From Isurus oxyrinchus (Eukaryota), in contig JANJGN010000034.1 of NCBI GenBank assembly GCA_026770705.1, forward strand, positions 4,774,001 to 4,838,000: DNA of 64,000 nt, in the 5' to 3' direction. Shown in pieces: positions 52,250-64,000 of this stretch; position 1 is the stretch's first letter; the number at the start of each line of letters is the position of its first letter. A model generated the notes under the pieces. It was not told the DNA's origin, ran no database searches, and saw only the letters and a program-made list of their open reading frames with translations. Both the position numbers and the translations under genes were made by a program.

Positions 52250-53480
52250 GGAAGAGACTGAAACCTTCATATTCTATCCAGTCGTGGATGGTGGTGGTGA
52301 ATTATGTCACTGGAGCATGGAGCCCCACAAACATACAGGTAAAGTTTTCGGTGAAAATGATCAGCTGAAGCATTTGCAACGGTGTTTAGCCAGAGCTGCT
52401 GGGTGGATTATCAATCCCAGTCTCCTCTGGGGGGCCCCAACATAAAATACGTCAATCTTAAACAAATTTGAATCGAACTCCCTGATATTAAGAAAGGGCT
52501 GATTAACTGAATACTGCAATGACATGGTATCTGACAATATTCCCCCAATAGCACTGACAATTTGTGTTCCAGAGACTGCCGCTCCCTTAAACAAGCTCCT
52601 CCAGTGAAACCGTGGTATCCACTTGGCAGTGTGAAAAATTTCCTAGGTAAGTCCTGTACTTCAAAAACAGCATAAATCCAAGCCGGTCATTTAACCTCCC
52701 TTCAATCTATTCTCTATCATTATTAAACATATGGAATGAATCATCAACAGTGTGATAAAGATGAACCTCTTTAATGAAGCTAAGATTGCAATCCACCAGG
52801 ACCACTCGGATCCTAAACTCATTGTAGCCTTGGTGTGACAGCTGAACTGCAGAGAATGATCATGCTTGGTCTCGAGGTAATACTTGACCGAGTAGAGAAT
52901 CAAGGATCCCGATGAAAAAAGCAGTCAATGGGGATCAGATTAAAAACTATCCATTGGCTGGACTCACAACAAGCAAAAAGGGAGAAGGTTGTTGTCCTTC
53001 GAATGCACTCATATCACATCCAGGCCATATTGACAGGCGTTCCTGAGAGTAGTGTCATAGGCCAAAGCATTTTCAGCTGCCTCATCGATTACCTTTTTTT
53101 CCGTCATATGATCAGAAGTGTGTATGTTCAGTCCAGATGTCACAACTTTCAAAATTATTCCCCATTAGCCCCTGATACTGAAGCAGTCCAAGTCCAAATG
53201 CAGCAAGTCTGTGCGATATCCCAGCTTGGGCTGGCAGTAGAAAGTAAGATAAGCGCCACAGAAATGCATGGCAATGATCATCTTCCACAAGAGAGATGCA
53301 ACCAAAGCTCCTTACCATTCAATGCATTACGAATGCTCAATGCCCCTCTATGGGCATCTGAGAGCTTAACTTTGACAAGAAACTGATCTAAACAAGCCAC
53401 TTATATATTGTGGCTACAAGCACAGTTCAGAGGTTCGGAATGTTAAAGTGGGCTAACTCGCCTCCTTGCTCTTCAACAAG
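52250..53480 (+). mobile_element. LINE RT fragment
   Basis: SMGIRLKTIHWLDS, ILTGVPESSVIGQSIFSCLIDYL. Confidence 0.7.
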
Positions 53481-53504
53481 ACACAACAGGGGCATGATGA
53501 GACA

Positions 53505-55500
53505 CTCATAGCATCATAGCCATAGACGTCTTCAACATGGAAAAATAACCCTTCAGCCAATGAAGCCTGCGCCGGTGAAGAATTGCCGAACTAATCTAAT
53601 CCCATTTTTCAGCACAAGGCTCATAGTCTTGTATGACTATGGCATCGCAATTGCACATCTAAATACTTCTAAAATGTTTTAATGACTTTGCCTGTACAAT
53701 CATTTCAGGCAGTGATTGGCAGATTCCGAGCTCCCTTTGGGTGAAAAAAAATATTCCTCACACCCCCACTAAACCTTCTGCCCCTTACATTCAATATATG
53801 CCCCCTGGTTATTGAAGAATCCAACATCTGTTCAGCTCTTCGAACGATTGAATCAAATTGGTCAGGGGTCATCTCCACTTATCAACACGATGCTGACTTT
53901 CCTTGAATAACCCCTGCCGCTTCTCGTGTAGATTAATGCTGCCACTCAGAATTGCTTCCAACAGCTTCCACACCAATGAGGTTGGCAAGAATTGTCTTAG
54001 TTCACTGGTTTATTCATTTCTTCGTTCTTGAGTAGCTTTACAAAATTGACTGTCCTCCGCTCCTCTGGCAGATCTTCTGTGACATGAGACGTATTGAAAA
54101 GTATTTGAAGCGCCACTGCTAACACCTCCCGTGAGTCGCTGAACAACCAGGCAATAATTTCAGCTGGCCTGGTGATTTAACTACTTTTCCTTTGCCAGTA
54201 CAGTTTGAAATTGCTCTTAGAACTTCTCAGCAAATTTATTTAATTATATGGCGGTTCTTCTGCCTGATTTCCACACTCACGTCGTTCCTCTCACTTGTGA
54301 ACACTGACAAAAGTATTCATTTAAAATCCTGCCTACGCCATTTGCCTGCACACATAAATTACCATGATAGATACTTACTGGATCCTACCATTTCCTTAGT
54401 TTTCCTCTTAATTATAATATCTTGTAAAATAACTTTGCATTTTCATTTCTTTCACATGCCAATGTTCTGTCATGCTCCTTTTTGGCTCTCATAATTTTAT
54501 TTTTAAGCTCCCCCTCCCCCGCCCTTCATCCTGCACGTTCTATACTCGTCTAGGGCTTCAACTGTTTTGAGCCCTCTGTATCTACCGTTAGTCATACTTT
54601 TTTACTTTTTTCCAATCCTGTATTTCGCTTGGACATTCCAGGTCCCCATGGATTTCTTGGTCACCACAATTTTTACAACAGGAATATGTTGGACCTGTAT
54701 TCTCGTTTTTTTTCCATCTTGATTGAGCTCCGCTGCTCTGGCGCAGATTTACATAAAACTTGCTTCCCCATGTCCACTCTGGCTCACTCATACCAGATCG
54801 TCTTAGAATTGGCCTTCTCCAAGTTTATGTGATTGTGATTTCCGTCGCACCCTTGTGCTTTTCGATAACAATCTCGAATCTAATGGAGTTATGATCATTA
54901 TATGACAAATGCTCTCTTCTTGATACCTCTACCACTTTTGCTGCTTCGTTCCCTAAAATACCGTTCAGGCCCGCCCGCTCTACTGTGGCACCTTCTACAT
55001 ACTGGCTTAAAAATCGTTGCTGTGTGCATTTTAAGAATTCCACTCCCTCTAACCTATCACACAATGACTAACCCTTTTAATGTTGGGGAGTTGAAATTGC
55101 CCACTATTGCTGCCCTCTTATTTTTACTGTTCCGTGAACTTTGCCTACCTATCTGGTCTTCGATTTCTCAATGACTGTTTGGCGCCCTTCGGCACACTTA
55201 CCAGCAATGTGAGTGGTCCTTTTTTTAAGTTCTACTCATTTGGATTCATTCCAGGAGCCTTCTAATGTGCCATCCATCCATGCTGCTGAAATTGATTCCT
55301 TGATCATATATGTGAAACCCTCTCCTTTTCTACCTCCTTTTCTGTCTCACCTGAGGGCCGTTTACCATCGAATATTGAGCTGCAAATTCTGCCTGTCTCT
55401 CAACCATGTCTTTGTGGCAGTATTTGCATCGTACACCCATGTGGTTCACTTCATCTTTGTTGTTCATCAGATTCCTTGCATTTCAGTAATTACGACTCAA
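53505..55500 (-). mobile_element. CR1/HER1-type LINE (endonuclease to 3' UTR, internally deleted)
   Basis: LEGVEFLKCTQQRFLSQYVEGATVERAGLNGILGNE, EHLSYNDHNSIRFEIVIEK; 3' tail catagcatcatagccatag. Confidence 0.8.
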
Positions 55501-55730
55501 CCTCCCCAAGCTGCCTTATGCCTTATCTGGACTGTAATTTCTTACCTTTCTAGAATCACTTGTTCTCTCTTCCAATTTTGGCTGTGCATCTCCCGCTGCT
55601 GAATCTCCTCTCAGCATCCCAAACCCACTGCCAAGTTTGAATAAACATCCAAACATAAGACACACAGCTAAATATATCCCACCAGAGTATGGGTACCTGA
55701 GAACATTAGCCATGAGAGGGACAGAGATTG

Positions 55731-55789
55731 TTGTGCGTTTGTGTATGTGTGTGTGTGTGTGTGTGCATGTGTATTTCTGCCCCCGTGTG

Positions 55790-55826
<37 letters not shown>
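55731..55826. repeat. Interrupted (TG)n microsatellite
   Basis: visible TG dinucleotide runs; source of several CVCV/HTHT pseudo-ORFs. Confidence 0.95.
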
Positions 55827-57189
55827 TGGAATTCAAAGGGGTATAAATTTACACTTCCAGAATACAAATCTAATGTTAACCAGTTGTTTTGCAACTTGTT
55901 CAGAGGAAATAATTTCTGTTTCATGATTCTTAAGTTATTGTGAGATTATTGAAAGAGTCCTGGTTAAAACCCCCTTTATTGTGGAGTTAATAACAGTGAC
56001 AAAATCAGCTGGCCATATTGTCGCGCACATTCAACATTTGCATTAGTGTGCGAGCTGTGGAGCAATGTGTGAGAATAAACTTGGTAGCCCCACTGTCTCA
56101 GTCGGAGCAACTGCTGGGAAAATATGAGACTGTATGTCCATTGACTGAGGGTTTCTTGGTTCCTCTTCAACGTCGGCACCAGGCACTGATCTGGACCGTT
56201 CCAAAACAAAAAACAACTGCTGTGTTCCTAATTTCCTCTCAGTCTTCTCCACCTCCCTCTAATACTTCTCTCCTCCTCATTGGTGAATGGGCTTCCAAGT
56301 ATCCACACAACATTCATCGTTCTTAGAAACTGTTCCGCCCTAGGTACCGGACAGGAAAATAATCAATTAACAAAGCCCCCTGAACCAATTGGGAGTGCTC
56401 ATGATGAAACTATATCCACAATCTTCCTCTGCTGAATCAAATGAGCAGTCCCTGCAGTTAATGAAGCGTTAACTGCAAAGCACAGTGTAGCCCCAAACTC
56501 AGTTTTGAAATCCACCTGAACAATCTTGCCAATAAAGTCCTGGGTGTATATTAATGACCCCTTCGAGGTAGGACGCAGCACTGTAAAATGCAAAGAGTTG
56601 ATCAAAGTTCCCGTGTCTTCAGCGGGACAGCAAAATTCGGCCACCATATAGTTCCTCCTTTCGAGCTTGTAAAAGGAGATTTGGAACAAGGATAACGGCC
56701 TATAGTTTAAAGGACGCCGTCTGCAGGGGACACTGTCAGGAGTCAATAAGATGATCAATCGAGTGCTAATTCTTCACATAATATAAACATATTTTTTCTC
56801 ACAGCGTGGCCATTTTAGTTAATTTGAAGCCTGTAACATATCTGCAAATAAGGTGAACTTCCCTATGGGCAGACATTTTGAAAATCAGCAAGCCTGCTAC
56901 AATTTCCACTTTGTAGCTGTGCATTTGATACATATTTCCATGCATGTCTGTGCCATTGAAGAGGGGTAGAGGGGTTCTAGAAGGGCAAAGCTGCCCCCAT
57001 ATTCCGTGAGAGCGCACATTGTGCCCTCCTCCTTGCTGCATATTATCAATATAGCCAGCTAAGACTGAGTGCTGACAGAAGAAGAGGCAACATTTAAACA
57101 AACCCCTTTGTTAGCTTTGGAAAAATGTACTATAGAAAACGTTGCCATAATAAGTTTTCACTGCTGTCACGGTAAACCACAAAAAAAAG

Positions 57190-58714
57190 CTGTCAGGACA
57201 ATCATCAGAGCATCACCTTGGTTCGTCAAATCATCATGACCCTCGTCCACACCTGGTGTGTCATCATTCCCCAGGTTATCTATTATTAGAATGGGAATGT
57301 TATGGAATTCACAAGAAACCACAATCAGAAAGTTTTTGAAGCGGATTAATGTATTGCACCTCCCGATATGGGCAAGCAATCAGAAACAGACCTTTAAGAG
57401 ATCGACGGTCTGCTCCACTATGAGCCTGCTGCTGGCATAGCTTTCCTGCACTCTGTGTGAGGTCTCGGCATCCACAAAGGCTTGAAAGCAATATTTTCAG
57501 TTGGGAGTCCATGCAAACTACGGCAACCCCTCTAAAATATCCAAGGATTTGAAAAGGTCTGGAATTTCTGGGTTCCGAGGGATGTTGGAGTCGTGACGAC
57601 TGCCTGTGTACCGAGCACCGGCCTGCATTTTTTTTTAATTACTCGTTCATGGGATGTGGGCGTCGCTGGCCTGGCCAGAATTTATTACCTATCCCCAATT
57701 CTCCTTCTTTGGACGGCATTTCAGAGTCAACCACATTGCTGTGTGTCTGTAGTGACACGTAGGCCAGACCAGTTATGGAAAACAGCTTCCTTTCCAAAAA
57801 TAAATTGGTGAATTTGATACGTTTTTCGAGCACTCGCCAATGAGTTAATGGTCATCATTAGGCATTTAAAAAAAAATGTCAAGATCTTTCAATAGCAAAA
57901 TTCCACCATGAAAACGATTTGTACCAAGTTTCGTTGAGCATTACCCTTGGACACCTGGATTGCCAGACCAGTGACAATGCCACTATGCCACCACTTCCCT
58001 AAACCTCTGATTACTGGGGAACACGCGTGAGATAACACATTGTACATCCATTGAAAGCCCTTCTGTTTATGAATGTTCATGGAGACTCTGCAGGTTTTTA
58101 ATCACTACCCTTCTGAGGTTAATTCTTTTTCGCATGCTGTGGAAACTGGCAATCACTGCAATCGCCTGGCTCTATCCATTTGACTTTGGACATCCTTGCG
58201 ATGCACATCTGCTTTTCTGTCCTTCAAACCATCACATCTGTGAACGTCTTGATGCAATGGTGTTTAGCATGCAGTGTTAACTCTTTGAAGCTTTCACAGG
58301 ACGTCTGGAACGAAGCTTTTGATAAGAATTAAAGTAACAGTCTTACGATCAAAACAAGAGGCACCAGTTGACCACAATAAAGCTGGGAAGGTACGTTGCC
58401 TGCGAATATCCCAACAATGTGAAGTCACATTGTTTCTTGAATACCTATGTTTTTCTGCACTGAGTTTCAGTCAGTAGTTTCATTTCTGACTGTGTAATTT
58501 TGGGATGCATAAGGCAATATATGCCTCCCCTGAGGGTGCCTGGGTTTCTCCTGAACGACTCGCCCGGAATTGCTGTGACACCTTCGCAAAGAAGAACAAC
58601 ATCCTGAGCCTTCCTCTGTGCAATACGCGGTCTCTTTCCTCCTCTGCCTCCTCCTCCCAGTTCTTCTCTGCTCCAAACTGGAGATGTTTATCCAACTGAA
58701 ACTGAAATAGCCAT
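57190..58714 (-). mobile_element. Fossil PIF/Harbinger (HARBI1-like DDE) transposase, interrupted by a SINE
   Basis: frameshifted minus-strand pieces HCIKTFTDVM, QSQMDRAR, FINR-KGFQWMYNV, MQAGARYTGSRHDSNIPRNPEIPDLF, ASSRLIVEQTVDLLK, VVSCEFHNI, in HARBI1-like order (NRKGFHSLNVQ, ARYPGSCHD, VEQTIGLLK, CCALHN). Confidence 0.8.
57628..58000 (-). mobile_element. Near full-length tRNA-headed SINE (HE1-like)
   Basis: minus-strand A-box TGGCATAGTGG, B-box-like GGTACAAATC, LINE-like tail ggccagcgacgcccacatcccatgaacga and poly(A); related decayed copies near 20-130, 17080-17400, 41600-41790 and 44740-44920. Confidence 0.75.
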
Positions 58715-61698
58715 CTGATTTCACCCTAGTTTTGGACATGAAAATTAAGAAATCAATCGAGCCCTTTGAATGTGAACATATGATCTTCCTTTAAAAATTA
58801 ATCGTTTTCCAATGCCCTGATTCCCGCCTGAAAGACATACTATTGTCTTTCGAACGTATCACAGCAGTGAATGTGGTCATTAGCAACTTTAATGTGCTTC
58901 TGATTTGCAACGTAAACAACATAGGTGTGTTTTCAACTCTTGACTTGCCTACATGCCGTATTAGCGGAATCTGGCCTGATGGCTTCTTAAGCGCTGAGCA
59001 GAAATAGAGGCAATATTATTTTCTTATCGCTCAATGAATAATAAACGTTGTTGAATGTTTATATCACCACAAGAATCCTGTCGAAACATTGCAGGAACGC
59101 TCCACCTGTTTAAAAACTTGCCCCATTTCCCAAGGGTCTTAAGTCAAGTGTCACCAACTCAAAGTACGGGTTTAGCAGCGTTAGCAAAAATATTAAAACT
59201 GAATTGGTTAAATACTTCACGGGAAGCATACTGGAAGGATCTTGCTGGAATCAAACAATATTGAAAAGTCATGATTGTTTATTTCGTTCAGCGCGCGTGC
59301 CGACCTAAGATAGGCTGAATGAGATGAATTTTCACAGAAGCCATTGACCAGACAAATGATTTAATGATTAACAAAATTGAAGGGGAGTGGGTTGGCTGGA
59401 GCATTGGTGCATTAAGAATGATAGAGTGATAATTAATATCCATATATGAATGCAGGACAAGGCGATTCGCTATTTAAACAAAAGAATGAAAATATTGAGC
59501 TTGTTTTTTTGTGAGGGAGATTATTCATTTCATCATTGGTCTAGGTATTAATTCAACATCTGCAACAAAGATATTTATCTTCTGCAATCAGTGGAACATG
59601 AATTAAAAATGTAATTCTGTTTAACTGATGCTGACTCCATTATCATCCTGAAAAACATGGTCATTGCCATCGTCATCATTGTATTTAGTGACGAAGATAC
59701 ATGTTTTTGAAGAAAGTAATACCTTGGATTAAACATACAAAACAGAATTAGACCAATTCCGTAGGTATTCTCTTTCTGTGTTTATGCTCTAAACATACGT
59801 CTTCAAAATTGGTTGCCTCAGCCTATTAGCAGCATCACCTGCGATTCAAGTTACATTCCACCTTGACTTGGAACTGTATCAACATCTATTCACAGTAGCA
59901 GCTTGTGAATCCTATAACCCTTTTCCAAACAGTTCTGTTGCTTTTCCTAATGCAAATGGTTTGCAGTGCTTAACGGATGAACCATGCCACTGCCTCTGCC
60001 AGAAAAATAAGTGGTGGGAAATGGCCTAGTCAACACGGCCGACATCCTATGAAAAAATAAGATTACATAGTTATTCTTTTGATTTCCCAAATGTGCGTTC
60101 TTAGTTTCTCAAATGAGTCTATGCTGTTCAGCTCAAATGGCCCTTAGATTTGCGAGATATGCATATAAATAAAGATCTGAGTAATGACATTTTACTTGAA
60201 ACTCTTGCTGCATTTATCTATATTTGCTATATGTTTACAAATAAGGTTCGTTCTTTTCCAGTTGAAATCAAGCACCTTAAGCTCACTGCTTTCAAATTAA
60301 TTGCATTTAAATGACAGATGTGAGAAGAGAATGTTGACATATCAGTACGCAGATGCCTGCTGTCGACAAGGCTGTATAATGATATTGCTGTTTTGATTTT
60401 GAGATACCGAAAAGTGATTTTCGCTTTCAATGATATGGTATTGAGAATAAATGACGAAATGCATTAGGATTGAATATGCTGATTTTGTTTGGCATGATGT
60501 GACATCCTTTCATAGTCTCAGATAATAAGCGGCTGATTTGCCAGTACATGGCGCCCCATAAAGTTAACTATCTGCTGCATGGGAGTAATTTCCTTCACTG
60601 TGGTGAGTGCTGAATGGACATGTATGTCAATCATGGTGCTGATATTTATTGGATTATTTTCAATGTTGGAAGTATCGGTTTTACGTTGTCTGAATCCTTA
60701 TTCACTTATTGCTATAGCTGCTCGTTTCATATTTTTAAAATTTTGCTGATATTGGCTGTATTTTAATCAAAACAGGTAAGCGAAAATTGTGTTTTTACCA
60801 TTAATAACAATTAGTGTGCTAATGTGCTGTGCTTTTAGCTTTTAATTGTCTGGACCCAATTTTCAGGTTCCCATCCAGCAAGCACACCAACTCTCTGCAT
60901 CTCACTCATCCATTACCACAATTCTCGAAATATATGTTTAACTCTTGTAAATGATTCCATACTTTGCGTGCACCGCTGGTTCAGTTCCACCTTTCATTAT
61001 TTGTGGTAATCCTATTACCACTCTCGTTATACTTGCACATACCTTTTATCAGCTAAAACGTTTTCTTCATTCGCTCTCTCGGATTCAACATCCAATTTGC
61101 CTTTCGCCTCACTTCCCCCTGTCTGGGTATTCTGTTAAAGTCTTTTACATCTCAAACGTGTTCTAGTTCTGATGAAATACCAAGCAGCTTCAACGGTCAC
61201 CCAAAGGTTCTCATGACACGGTGAGCAATGTCAAAAAGATTACATATATATATATAATATATATATGTAATGTTAAAAAACTTTTATTTAATACCTATTA
61301 TTTGAAAAAAAAAATTGGACTTCTGCTCTGATAGCTCAGTATATTGCCGAGAGTTAAATTAAATTTAATTTTATAAATCAATCGCCTTGTTCGCCCTTTG
61401 ACTCGTAGATGATTTGATTCATCATCTGGGATGCTTGTTATTGTCCTGTTGGTGAGCAGATTACTACTAACTTCAATCTGCGCTGTGAAGCTTCTGCAGA
61501 ATATAGGTCCAGATACGATGCACGTGAATCAAAATGGATGTCAAAAATCTTAAGTGAAGAGAAAGTGTATTCCTTCCTTGGAACACAATGAAATTTGAAA
61601 GATTGAAACACTTCATTAAAATATTTTAATATATATTGGCTTCAGGCCAACTTTACTATTAAACGTCTTGCACCTTGTAATAGGCTCAATTTGCGGCA

Positions 61699-61734
61699 TA
61701 AATTGGATTAAGTGCTTAAATTGGATTAAGTGCT
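61699..61734. repeat. 18-bp tandem duplication
   Basis: taaattggattaagtgct x2. Confidence 0.85.
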
Positions 61735-64000
61735 TTTACCTCTCGTATCATTTAAACATCGCACTGATATTCATGTTGATCCCATTGTACAATCGTGCAT
61801 GCAGATGTATTATTCATGTTGCTGTACAGAGACTGACAGGCACACACACGCAGATAGACAGACGAACACACTACACAACGCATCAGGTTGCCATACAAAA
61901 AGGAAAATCAAAACACTACCAATATTGTCAGTTAATCCACCGTCTATTGTGTAACAACATCAATGCCCTCTCACTATTGGCGATGTGCATGACACATAAG
62001 TATGCATGAAAATAATTTAGTGCACACGCAGCAAACGGGTCTGCTTAAAAAAAAAGTATCACACTGAGTATCAGCATTGCTATAAACTTTATTTCCACCT
62101 TTGAGCAAAGTTTTTGAAACAGACGTGCCAATGTCAACTGAAATGATCGGACAGATATCATCTTAAACTATTAACACAAACATGCTCGCAGAAATAAAAC
62201 ATTTCCATATTTCAATGCAATTGATACATTATAATTTGCCCGTTGATATGTGAATAGGTCTACCCACTCCATTTAGAAGGCCATCAGATTACAATCCCTA
62301 TTGGACTTTTTCTTCTGAATGCAATCATTATACTAGAGTGCGAAAGTCAGTTTTCTGAGAAAAAATGTAACCTTGTTGACTGTTTTTGTTCTTTTCAGTC
62401 AGCACAGCAGAAACAGGCTTCACCACATATTACAATTGTGTTCTTCACTGCTCTTGTCGTCCACACTGTTGATACTTTTAATGGCTGGCAGGTTTGCCAA
62501 GGTCACACCGTAAAAGGGATAGCTATAGAGATTAAACATCGATGAAATTGTCATAAATTGTAATGTGCAATCAGTGTTAACATTCCACTCCTGCTAAAAA
62601 TAGTGCAATGTTGCCAAAGTTAGCCTATTCACTGCATTGCTCAGATATGACCCGAATAACCACAAGAAGCGCTAGGTTCTGTGGAATCAATGAAATATTT
62701 CTGGCACCACATTTCGATTCCTGACACACATAACGTTTCTTAGTTGCCTCAACGTCCACCTTGTGCCTTATATGTGTGCAATGGGGAGATGAAAAAAAAT
62801 TTTGGGCAAACTAAAACTGGAATATAAAACAACTTTAATTTGATCTGCTAGTCGGGGATCGAAGTGCATTACAGGGAAATATATGTCACGACGATTTAAA
62901 ACACGAATTATAAATGCATATACACATGCCACATATTCCTTCAAAGAATCTCAGATATTTACTGAATAGCAATTGGCTGGTTTCTTCCACTTCGAGTGTG
63001 TGCTGCTTCCCTGGAGGAGCAATTCAGAAACAGTTACTCCTTCGAAATATCAGAGTATAAATGACAAAATTAACATTACCGATCTGATCAAAAATAACTA
63101 AATTATAAACAAAGCTGAATACATAGTTCTGACCCCCAGTTTGCAACTATGATAGAGGGGCAAGGACATCGTGAAGAAATAGTCTTCAATGTGATACCAG
63201 TACTGGCAGGCGTTGCAGTTTTAAGAATTTTCAAATTGTTATTTGCCAATCAAATATAAACCTTTTTCCAGTGGGGCAGAATTAGCCACCTCTGATATAA
63301 TTTATTCAAAACGAAACGCAATGATATTTTCCAAAGTATCATTTTTATCCAGTGAGATATTAGACAGGAATTTCCATACAAGGTGTAATATTTAAGTTAA
63401 ATTTGTCAATGGTCTTAATTTATTAGTTATCATAAAGGCATTTTATAAAAATAAAAGGATTGCGTGGTGTTAGTGTAATCAAGTTTGGTTTAAAAAGATG
63501 AAAAGGAGAGTGTGGAGAAAAGCATAGTTCAGGGAAGAAAATTGACTTGAGTTGTGTTGAATTATACGTTGTACCAATGAATTATAATTATTGACTTTTT
63601 TAGGCATTAACTCTAACATTCTAGACGCTTGACCGACTGTATTCCAACCTCCCCCAGACCGTTCATAACCCCCTTATAGGTCTCAAAATTAATTGGCTCA
63701 TTTAAAATTCACTGCCCTCTGATTGAGGAGGTTGTAAATTTAGTCCGAAGCAATTGTATCTGATAGCATACCGATTGCATTTCCGAGACAGCACTTCAGT
63801 GCCGACCATGCAAAGGCTGAAAAAAATATATAATGAAGTAACATGAACACTAGTTCGATGAAAAAACCACCCCTGAGTTGCATAATTCTGGAGTCTGATG
63901 AAGGGAAAAATCATTAGCATCGAGAGAATACGTGCCATTCTGTTCAGATTCAGAGGTACAGGCAGTTTACAAATAACGGTTCACCCATTTTTGGTGGATA

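Noticed and set aside
56399-56758. 119-aa minus-strand ORF with SLTAGTAHLIQQ, faintly like a viral envelope fusion peptide
   Set aside because: No furin site, heptad or immunosuppressive motif, or TM follows; stops flank it; it lies in the Harbinger fossil region.
1-64000. Most short ORFs in the supplied track; also CRISPR arrays, operons, rRNA or tRNA genes
   Set aside because: Intron-rich eukaryotic DNA. The ORFs are short, start at arbitrary codons, and map to decayed transposons or microsatellites. No repeat-spacer arrays or structural RNA genes were recognised.

Overview
Eukaryotic, AT-rich, repeat-dense vertebrate DNA. The repeat content (CR1/HER1-type LINEs, tRNA-headed SINEs, Penelope GIY-YIG element, PIF/Harbinger fossil and MITEs) suggests a cartilaginous fish; this is an inference. 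Almost all ORF-track ORFs are spurious or transposon-derived. The main host feature, invisible in the ORF track, is the 3' part of a plus-strand B30.2/PRYSPRY gene (about 5.3-43 kb). It is a chain of about 15 symmetric phase-1 micro-exons of exactly 27 or 36 nt encoding a coiled-coil stalk, spliced to an intact 521-nt B30.2 terminal exon (42507-43027). This resembles butyrophilin/BG-type cytoplasmic tails but uses 9- and 12-residue modules. One micro-exon carries an in-frame TGA, another creates a junction TAG, and one appears to use a GC donor. The N-terminal exons (Ig/TM or RING/B-box) were not found in the window. Exons were called by eye from splice signals, length and phase and need RNA-seq confirmation; repeat boundaries are approximate unless a TSD or TIR is quoted.
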